60,814 bases of DNA from a virus (taxonomy: Duplodnaviria; Caudoviricetes), in the IMG/VR virus record IMGVR_UViG_3300032282_004007, positions 1-60,814 of that record; one strand, given 5' to 3'. Positions 48,396-55,822 of the stretch are shown here, one piece after another. Under the pieces are notes generated by a model that worked only from the letters and a program-made list of their open reading frames with translations, was not told where the DNA came from and searched no databases. Both the position numbers and the translations under genes were made by a program. Numbering within the stretch: the stretch's first letter is position 1; every line of letters begins with the position of its first letter.

Positions 48396-49814
48396 ATGAA
48401 AGTTAAAGAATTAAAACAATTAATAGAAAGCACAATAACTAGTGAGGTTAAGAAAAGAATTACCGAGAGTACGGAAGAAGTGTATATTATAAAAAATAAA
48501 AAGGGTGAACCCGTTGAGATGTGTGACACTCAAGAAGAGGCCGATCAAAAATTAGATAGTTACCAAAAAGGTGACAAGGGCCAAGAGTTTATCATTGAAA
48601 AAGGACCTAAATTGTCTTTTGATGATTTAGATAATATGGGAGAAAAATTTGAAAACATGAAACAAAAACAAACAGTAGACGAAAAATTAATCGGCGGACA
48701 AAAGAAATTAGACAAGAACCACAATGGTGAATTAGATAAAGAAGATTTCGAAATGATGCAAGCCAATGAAGAAAAAGAGTGTGCTGAATGTGGCGGTGGC
48801 GCAATGCTAGAAGTTGATGATTACGCATTACCAGAAAGTGACGAAGACGCTGCTGGTCGTATGTTCGGTGTTTCTGACGATGAAGGTGATGATTCTAATG
48901 AACATGGCGGTGCTGAAGATATCACATCATTAGAAGATTTAAAAAGTTTTGCAAAAAGCGCTGGCGGCTGCAGAATATTTAGAAAAGGTTCAATGACAGT
49001 TATCTTAAGAAATGAAGATGAACAAATTGAATATTTTTATGATGTACTTGCTAACGACATGTCAGATGCTAACCCTGAATTAGAATATACACACCAAGAA
49101 GAATTTGATGCATCGCCTGATGAATTAGGTGAAGATAATGGAGTTTGTTCTGAGTGTGGAAAAGAAGTATGTGAATGTGGCACCGGAATGTATGAATCCA
49201 AAAAGAAGGTTGTTCGTTTAACTGAAAGTGAGATGATTAAGTTTATTGCAAACTTAGTTGAAGATAGTATACCTGGCAAAAGAAAAGCAGAAGATATGCG
49301 CATAAAAAGCGGTCAAATTAATAAAGCAGGAAATAGTGCATCAATGAAGAATGTTGAGAATTCACAAAAAATTCAAAACAGTGATGACCCTAAGTTTCCG
49401 AATCAAGTGAACGCTAAAAAAGAAAAAGAAGCAAGAGTTAATTCAGACGAAGAAAACGAATATGTTGAAGATTGGAGAGGCGGTAATCCATTACATATGG
49501 AATATGATAGCGAACCATCAAAACAATTTAAAGATAGAATGAAAAAATCATTAGAGGGGCACAGCACAACTGGTAACTCTCAAGATGAATCAAAAGTAGC
49601 CAACGTTATAAAAAGCGATTTGGGTGCTAATATGGCTAAAGCGGCTGAAAGAAAGATCAAAAAGGTTAAGGAGATGCCAATGTATATTAAAGATAAACAA
49701 CCAACAACAACAAAAGAACCGGTTGCTGAATCTAAAGATACCGTTAATCAAGTAATTTCTGAAGAAATCAGAAGAATGAAAGAAATGGCAAAATACAATA
49801 AGAGCACTCAATAA
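48396..49814 (+). CDS. acidic prohead-core / internal head protein candidate with EF-hand-like loop
   Basis: ELKQLIES, DKNHNGELDKEDF, VVRLTESEMIKFI, ISEEIRRMKEM; start moved to ATG 48396, 5 nt after TATTTAT. Confidence 0.6.
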   Translation: MKVKELKQLIESTITSEVKKRITESTEEVYIIKNKKGEPVEMCDTQEEADQKLDSYQKGDKGQEFIIEKGPKLSFDDLDNMGEKFENMKQKQTVDEKLIGGQKKLDKNHNGELDKEDFEMMQANEEKECAECGGGAMLEVDDYALPESDEDAAGRMFGVSDDEGDDSNEHGGAEDITSLEDLKSFAKSAGGCRIFRKGSMTVILRNEDEQIEYFYDVLANDMSDANPELEYTHQEEFDASPDELGEDNGVCSECGKEVCECGTGMYESKKKVVRLTESEMIKFIANLVEDSIPGKRKAEDMRIKSGQINKAGNSASMKNVENSQKIQNSDDPKFPNQVNAKKEKEARVNSDEENEYVEDWRGGNPLHMEYDSEPSKQFKDRMKKSLEGHSTTGNSQDESKVANVIKSDLGANMAKAAERKIKKVKEMPMYIKDKQPTTTKEPVAESKDTVNQVISEEIRRMKEMAKYNKSTQ

Positions 49815-49865
49815 TAACCTTTTAAAATTTTTCTTTTATCCTTATATTTTAATTATATTTGGGTT

Positions 49866-50321
49866 ATGAGAAAACAAGAGGGTTATTTAGAGTTTATCGC
49901 ATCAGAAAACTACAAGAATCAAGTAGAAGTTTGGTACAAAGCATATAATATTACTCGTGAAAAGATAGAGTTATTTCACGACTTTATATTAAGTTTACAT
50001 GATTTAATAGAGGAAACTTATTTGGGTGCAGATGTTCTTTTTGAAGATAAAGAACAAATGAACCACTTCAATTGGTGTTGGAGAAAAACCATAGAAAATT
50101 TCGAGAAAGAAAATATTCCCTTTAAAGAAACTGGAGCCCACCATAACTACTTTTGGGCTTTTTTTCATGAAGCGTACTATCAAAATGAACTAGAAGGTAA
50201 AACCAATAGAATTAAAGATTATTTTTATAAGTTATTCAGTTTCAATAACAAAAAGTCAAGATCGGAGTTGGATTTGCTGACTGAGATCTACAAAACCATG
50301 GAGTCAAATATCAAAAAGTGA
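49866..50321 (+). CDS. hypothetical protein
   Basis: 151-aa ORF preceded by TATATTTG. Confidence 0.7.
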   Translation: MRKQEGYLEFIASENYKNQVEVWYKAYNITREKIELFHDFILSLHDLIEETYLGADVLFEDKEQMNHFNWCWRKTIENFEKENIPFKETGAHHNYFWAFFHEAYYQNELEGKTNRIKDYFYKLFSFNNKKSRSELDLLTEIYKTMESNIKK

Positions 50322-50387
50322 AAAAAAATACAGATATTCGCTTTGAAAACCGGAATTTATTTTGTATATTGAACTAAAATAACGCAT

Positions 50388-50576
50388 ATGGAAACTTTGA
50401 AAAAAATCAAAGAACTTGTTGAAAAAATGTCTGTTGACACACAAAAAGTGTACGAAAAGGGCAACAGAAGTGCATCAATTAGAGCAAGAAAGCATGCACA
50501 AGAAATAAAAGCACTACTTGGTGTTTATAGAAAAGAAATTCTAGAAGAAATTAAAAATCATGCTGAGTCAAATTAA
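50388..50576 (+). CDS. Histone H1-like nucleoid protein (Hc1 family)
   Basis: KGNRSASIRARK...EIKALL...RKEI, 62 aa, resembles Bacteroidota Hc1-like proteins. Confidence 0.75.
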   Translation: METLKKIKELVEKMSVDTQKVYEKGNRSASIRARKHAQEIKALLGVYRKEILEEIKNHAESN

Positions 50577-50739
50577 AATTTACTTTTTTGTACTTAGTTT
50601 AATTTTTTTACTAAAATTCATTTTTGAATTCGTATCAAAATTAAGAGACGAAAACCCCAAAGCAATGGATGTATCTAAAACTGAATTAAGTTTTATTTAC
50701 TTATCCATAGCATACATAATAACATTCATTATAACTTAG
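50560..50739 (+). CDS. 59-aa two-TM membrane protein (not in ORF track)
   Basis: MLSQIKIYFFVLSLIFLLKFIFEFVSKLRDENPKAMDVSKTELSFIYLSIAYIITFIIT*; fills the gap between neighbours. Confidence 0.7.
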   Translation: MLSQIKIYFFVLSLIFLLKFIFEFVSKLRDENPKAMDVSKTELSFIYLSIAYIITFIIT

Positions 50740-50742
50740 AAC

Positions 50743-51207
50743 GTGTACGAATTAATATCAGATCTTAGACCTTATTTTTTCTCATTAAGAGAAATAAAAC
50801 AAAATGTTAGTTTAGACATTAGAATTCCAATAAACTGGAAACTAGAGCATGTACATCAGGTCGTTGAGCAGTATAAAGCATTATCATATCAAGTTCAAGA
50901 TAAAAATGACAAAAGCGTTCTTATATCTCTTATCAGTACCGCTGATCAAGAAGGTTATAATGTTGCTAGAACTTGCGCTTTAGAAATAATCACATATAAT
51001 AAAGAAATTGAAGAGAAAGAAAGATTATTTAAACTTAAGCAAAAGGAATTACAAGACATGTACCAAAAGCAACTTAAAGAGTTGGAAAACACATTTAAGA
51101 ACGAACCTTTGGACAAATTAAAAGACCCTAATTTTCATACAGGAGATGGACAAGAGAATACAACAAGGATTGGATTGGTTAAACAAGGAGATGAAGAAGG
51201 ACAGTGA
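50743..51207 (+). CDS. hypothetical protein with coiled-coil C-terminus
   Basis: GTG-start ORF in a tightly packed operon. Confidence 0.65.
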   Translation: MYELISDLRPYFFSLREIKQNVSLDIRIPINWKLEHVHQVVEQYKALSYQVQDKNDKSVLISLISTADQEGYNVARTCALEIITYNKEIEEKERLFKLKQKELQDMYQKQLKELENTFKNEPLDKLKDPNFHTGDGQENTTRIGLVKQGDEEGQ

Positions 51208-51349
51208 GGAAATAAAAACTCACAAGAAAAAAATAATTGACGAAATAAAGAAAGTAGATAAGGATAAAATCTTCAAGCCAATACCAAAAAAGAAGATATC
51301 TATAATAGAAAAGATATTAATAATATTTGGATATGGAAAAAAAAGGTGA
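51146..51349 (+). CDS. hypothetical basic protein
   Basis: 67-aa Lys-rich ORF overlapping both neighbours. Confidence 0.6.
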   Translation: MDKRIQQGLDWLNKEMKKDSEEIKTHKKKIIDEIKKVDKDKIFKPIPKKKISIIEKILIIFGYGKKR

Positions 51350-51566
51350 TTTATTTAATCAATTAGCAATCATATCTGATTTGATTGAAAAATGTAATTT
51401 AGAATCAGATAATAGCACAATCATCTTTGAGGTTAATAAAAAAGAATTTGAGAGAATCTATAATATGGTTGCTAGAAAAATTAGATTATCTGGCGGATTA
51501 CCAAAAGATAGTTTTAATATTAAAATAGGTGAAATCAACATTGTTTTTAATATGAGTAATGTCTAA
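51333..51566 (+). CDS. hypothetical protein
   Basis: ATG start MEKKGDLF. Confidence 0.6.
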   Translation: MEKKGDLFNQLAIISDLIEKCNLESDNSTIIFEVNKKEFERIYNMVARKIRLSGGLPKDSFNIKIGEINIVFNMSNV

Positions 51567-52194
51567 ACAACTCTCTTCTACTAAAACCCTTACTCATTAA
51601 AAAATCATAAAGTTGTTTACGTTGGTATGTTGTAACATCTTTAATAAAAAGAAAATTCTTTTTCTTTTTTGAATGTAAGTGTAATTTTAAAATTTCAAAT
51701 AATCTATCAGTATCGTATAGATTTTTATTACCAAATACTTTTACATCATTCTCTATTTGAACAAATATTTTATTATTCAAAGTGAAAATTTGACAAACTT
51801 CTTGAATGGCCGTTATTTTATCATACATTTCGTAATAACGAATATGTTTTTTTGTTTCAAAATCAAAAACTTTTTCCTCTTCCCACCACGGCAATATTTC
51901 TTTAATTCTAAAATTAGGATCGTCTAATGTTATTGGAATATTTCTACCTAATTCGTCTTTTTTATACGCTTTGTCTGTTACAGACCATCTAGTTAACGGG
52001 TAGATTAAAAACAGTTCAAAATTTAGTTTGGATCTTTTTCTCCCTCTAATCTCAGCACAATATTGCGGTTTTTTTTGTGTTTTATATTCAGACCAATAGT
52101 CCATAATTCTACCCCTAGTAATTGTTTTATGTAGGACCTTCTTTTTTTTACCATTTAAATAAAGTATAATAAAATATCTAAATTTCGACTTCAT
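51547..52194 (-). CDS. hypothetical basic protein
   Basis: Start moved to MKSKFRY, which overlaps (ATGA) the stop of the upstream small ORF. Confidence 0.7.
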   Translation of the reverse strand: MKSKFRYFIILYLNGKKKKVLHKTITRGRIMDYWSEYKTQKKPQYCAEIRGRKRSKLNFELFLIYPLTRWSVTDKAYKKDELGRNIPITLDDPNFRIKEILPWWEEEKVFDFETKKHIRYYEMYDKITAIQEVCQIFTLNNKIFVQIENDVKVFGNKNLYDTDRLFEILKLHLHSKKKKNFLFIKDVTTYQRKQLYDFLMSKGFSRRELFRHYSY

Positions 52195-52343
52195 ATAAAT
52201 TTGGTTATTAATGAGTATAACCCGTAAATAGCAAGGGCTGACCACACAATTACGAAGATAATCGTGTACTTTTCAATGTACGAAGTGGACTTCTCGTACT
52301 TTTCTTTAAATTCCGATTTTTTCTTACATTCTTTACAACTCAT
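52191..52343 (-). CDS. 50-aa CxxC + C-terminal TM protein (not in ORF track)
   Basis: MSCKECKKKSEFKEKYEKSTSYIEKYTIIFVIVWSALAIYGLYSLITKFI*; ATGA coupling. Confidence 0.7.
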   Translation of the reverse strand: MSCKECKKKSEFKEKYEKSTSYIEKYTIIFVIVWSALAIYGLYSLITKFI

Positions 52344-52454
52344 GTACCAATATAAGCAATTTTGGGGGTTTTTTCAACCTATCGTTTTATTTTTCAACAA
52401 TTTTCTATTATATTTAACTAATAAAATAAAATATTTATAGAATATAAAAATATT

Positions 52455-52979
52455 ATGTTAAACAATTGGTACGTGTTAAAAGTAACACCAGGAAAAGAAA
52501 GACAAATGAGCGATCACTTCAATACCTTAATATCATTAGGTAGAATGGAGTACGTTACTAGGTTTATATGCCCAACAGAAAGGGAATTAATAACAACAAA
52601 AAAGAAGAAAACATATAGAGACAGAGTGTTATATAATGGTTACCTCTATTTTGAAGCCCAAAGCAAATTGAATGATGAAGAATTGAAAGAAATCTCAGTT
52701 TTTCCTTCAGTTATGTCCATGTTAGGGGATAAAAGACCTAAATTGATGGGACCTAATGATATTCAAAAGATAATCAAAGACGATAAATTAGATTTACACA
52801 GAGAAAACAAATTAGTGACATTTATGGTTGGTGAAGAGGTAACATTAACGGATGGCCCCTTTACTTCATTTGTTGGAACAATAACAGATATTAAAGTCGA
52901 TAAGGTCACATTAAATGTTAGGATTTTCGGTAGATTTACGTCAGTAACTATTGATATTGAACACATAAAAAAAACATAG
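52455..52979 (+). CDS. nusG: NusG-family transcription elongation/antitermination factor
   Basis: WYVLKVTPGKE NGN domain, LYNGYLYFE, KOW GEEVTLTDGPFTSFVGTI, VRIFGRFTSV. Confidence 0.92.
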   Translation: MLNNWYVLKVTPGKERQMSDHFNTLISLGRMEYVTRFICPTERELITTKKKKTYRDRVLYNGYLYFEAQSKLNDEELKEISVFPSVMSMLGDKRPKLMGPNDIQKIIKDDKLDLHRENKLVTFMVGEEVTLTDGPFTSFVGTITDIKVDKVTLNVRIFGRFTSVTIDIEHIKKT

Positions 52980-52980
52980 A

Positions 52981-53277
52981 ATGACTAACCCGGAAGTATT
53001 AATATATTTGGATCGCATTAAAACATTTTTTAAAACAAATGATGAAGCGAGAGATTATTTTATTAACGACGGAGATGAAATCAAATTTTATGAGCACCTA
53101 CTTGAAATTTCTGAGAAAAATTATAAAACAGAGGGCGCCCCAGAATTAACAAGAGAGCAGTTAGAGTTATTAAGAGTTACTTTGATTGCAGAAAGAATTA
53201 CCAAACAAAATTACTTCTATAGTGAAGACGGCTTATTTTTATTTTATGAAGAATATGATCCGGTTTGTATGAATTAA
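52981..53277 (+). CDS. hypothetical protein
   Basis: 98-aa ORF 1 nt after nusG. Confidence 0.65.
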   Translation: MTNPEVLIYLDRIKTFFKTNDEARDYFINDGDEIKFYEHLLEISEKNYKTEGAPELTREQLELLRVTLIAERITKQNYFYSEDGLFLFYEEYDPVCMN

Positions 53278-53313
53278 TTTTTTATTTTCGTTTTTTTTAC
53301 TTATATTAAACCT

Positions 53314-54375
53314 ATGAAAAGAATATTTCCCGAAGATTTATATTTGTATGAATCATCATATGGCTCCGACCAGCCAACAGACCAACTTTTTTTATTTTAT
53401 TTTGATTCGGTAGTTTCCAAAGAATCAGGAAGAGAATTATATACATCAGATTTATTTCAATTTTTAATTGAAAATAATTTTGTTTTAGATCTAAAAGTTA
53501 TCAGGAATAGACGACATGATATGCAAAAAGATTTTGTGTATGTTAATAAAGAAAAATGTTTGATGGTTAAGGCATCTGGAATGACAGAAAGGGATGCTAA
53601 TTTATATGTTGTTGAATTTCTTTACGATATTAAAAGAGGGGAACTACAAAAGCAATTAGATTTTACTGAGATTAAAAAATTCCAAAAAGAAAGAAAAAAA
53701 GGTAATATTTCATTGGTTAGAAGTGAGATGGGTCATTTGGATACACAGGAATATGATTTAGACATCGCTGATATGGATTTACGCTTAAATTACGGCGAAG
53801 ATTTTATCAAAGTACATGATGTTATTATTGAAAAGTTAAACAAACCAAAAGGTAAGGGAATTATATTATTACATGGTGATCCAGGCACTGGTAAAACTTC
53901 ATATTTAAAATATCTTACTAAATTAATAAAAGAAAAAGATATTTTATTTATTCCACCGTCATTGGCTGAAGCATTATCAGAACCAAGCATTATTCCTTTT
54001 CTAATGGAACACAAGGATAGCATTTTAATTATTGAAGATGCAGAAAGAGTTATTGCGGATAGAGAAGGTAGTGGTTCACAAGCCGGAGTATCGAACGTTC
54101 TTAATATTACGGATGGAATTCTTGGAGATTGTTTGAATATTCAAATTGTAGCAACCTTCAACATGAAAAGAGAAAGGATTGATCAAGCATTATTAAGAAA
54201 GGGTCGTTTAATCGCTGAACATAAATTTGAAAAACTTAACTTAGAGCAAACAAATGCTTTATTGAATAGTTTAGGTAAAGACGTTGTGTCAGATAAAGCA
54301 ATGAACTTGGCTGATATATATAATATTGAAGTTGAATTAATAAAATCAAAAACAACAAGTAAAATAGGATTCTAA
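53314..54375 (+). CDS. AAA+ ATPase
   Basis: GIILLHGDPGTGKT, IIEDAE, LNITDG, DQALLRKGR, ends with KIGF. Confidence 0.9.
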   Translation: MKRIFPEDLYLYESSYGSDQPTDQLFLFYFDSVVSKESGRELYTSDLFQFLIENNFVLDLKVIRNRRHDMQKDFVYVNKEKCLMVKASGMTERDANLYVVEFLYDIKRGELQKQLDFTEIKKFQKERKKGNISLVRSEMGHLDTQEYDLDIADMDLRLNYGEDFIKVHDVIIEKLNKPKGKGIILLHGDPGTGKTSYLKYLTKLIKEKDILFIPPSLAEALSEPSIIPFLMEHKDSILIIEDAERVIADREGSGSQAGVSNVLNITDGILGDCLNIQIVATFNMKRERIDQALLRKGRLIAEHKFEKLNLEQTNALLNSLGKDVVSDKAMNLADIYNIEVELIKSKTTSKIGF

Positions 54376-54680
54376 TGGAATTAATTACATCGGAGCAATT
54401 AAAAGAAAGACAAAATAATGGCGAAAAATTATTAGTAGATTTTTTCGCAACATGGTGTGGACCATGCAAAGCGCTATTACCAAGATTAGAAAGAATGGAG
54501 AGTGAATATCCAAATATCAAATTTGTAAAAATTGATGTTGATAAGAATATGGAATATGCTGGTGAAATTGGCATTAGATCCGTACCAACCGTAGCATTCT
54601 TTAACGGTAATAATTTAATAACCATGAGCGTTGGTGCAAACACTGATGGATTCTATAAAGATATCTTAACCAGTTTGTAA
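54375..54680 (+). CDS. trxA: Thioredoxin
   Basis: VDFFATWCGPCK, IRSVPT. Confidence 0.93.
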   Translation: MELITSEQLKERQNNGEKLLVDFFATWCGPCKALLPRLERMESEYPNIKFVKIDVDKNMEYAGEIGIRSVPTVAFFNGNNLITMSVGANTDGFYKDILTSL

Positions 54681-54681
54681 T

Positions 54682-54954
54682 ATGTATAATGTTAATATCT
54701 TTACATTAAATGGTTGTAGCCATTGTGTGGAACTTAAAAACATTTTAAAAGAAAATAAAATAGATTTTAACGAGTTTGAGATAAGTCAAAACAAAGAGGT
54801 TTTTGACGAAATAATCAAACTAACTGGACATAACTCTTTACCAACAACTTTCTTACAAGATCCGAAAACAAATTCAGGACCGGTATTTGTGCCCGGTAGG
54901 GACTATAAAAGCAAGGAAGAATTGCTTGAAAAGATACAAAATTTGTTAAAGTAA
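54682..54954 (+). CDS. Glutaredoxin / NrdH-like redoxin
   Basis: IFTLNGCSHC, TGHNSLPT. Confidence 0.85.
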   Translation: MYNVNIFTLNGCSHCVELKNILKENKIDFNEFEISQNKEVFDEIIKLTGHNSLPTTFLQDPKTNSGPVFVPGRDYKSKEELLEKIQNLLK

Positions 54955-54965
54955 AAATTATTTTT

Positions 54966-54994
54966 AAAAAGGAGATATAAAAATCTCCTTTTTT
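54966..54994 (+). terminator. Rho-independent terminator (potentially bidirectional)
   Basis: AAAAAGGAGAT...ATCTCCTTTTTT. Confidence 0.8.
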
Positions 54995-55044
54995 CATACC
55001 TAGAAACAGAATAAAAGTATTTATGTTAAAGTAAGATAATATAG

Positions 55045-55779
55045 ATGCCTTTACAACAGATTAACTGGTTACAGATTGACACCCAGACAATACCTTCCGG
55101 TTCCCAGATCACATTAGGGGGACCTAGCAATCGTTTTGAAGCAGTTTATGCTAAAAATTTAAACACTTCAGGTTCTTTATTAATTACTGGTAGTATAGAA
55201 ACTACCGGAGACCTTTTTGTTGGTGGTAACCTTACTGTTGCTGGAACAACAACAGCCGTGAATTCAACAATAATTGAATTAGGTGATAATATTATCGCAT
55301 TAAACGGTTCTGAAGGTGCATTTGGTGGTATTCAGGTAAATGACCCAACAAACCCAAACAAAATTTCCGGTTCATTATTGTGGGATACTCTAGAAGATTA
55401 CTGGATCGCCGGTCCTTCTGGAAGTGAACAAAGAATCATCTTAGAAGACGAATTTTTAGCCCTGTCTGCTTCAATAAACACTTCCATCGCTGGTAGTGGT
55501 ATTTGGGGTCAAACTGGCTCATTCTGGGCCACAACAAACGATTTACAGGTAACTGGTTCAATGGTTATTAAAGGTGATTTAAGGGTAGAAGGAACAACAA
55601 CTTTAGTTCAGACGGTTGATCCTAACATGGAATCATTAATTGTTTCTGGAGCAATGAGTATTGTTAAAAATCAAATAACTACACAGATAGTTTCAGCGTC
55701 ACTTGCAATTGAGAACTTAGGAACAATTGCAGACAGAAGCAAATTTGCGGTAATTGACTGTGGAGATGGGTTTTTCTAA
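55045..55779 (+). CDS. tail fibre-like protein
   Basis: GSL.ITG / GNLTVAGTTT beta repeats, DNIIALN...LLWD module, ends IDCGDGFF. Confidence 0.7.
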   Translation: MPLQQINWLQIDTQTIPSGSQITLGGPSNRFEAVYAKNLNTSGSLLITGSIETTGDLFVGGNLTVAGTTTAVNSTIIELGDNIIALNGSEGAFGGIQVNDPTNPNKISGSLLWDTLEDYWIAGPSGSEQRIILEDEFLALSASINTSIAGSGIWGQTGSFWATTNDLQVTGSMVIKGDLRVEGTTTLVQTVDPNMESLIVSGAMSIVKNQITTQIVSASLAIENLGTIADRSKFAVIDCGDGFF

Positions 55780-55822
55780 TTAAAAATAAAGTATTTATAT
55801 AAAAACAACTAAATCATAACAA

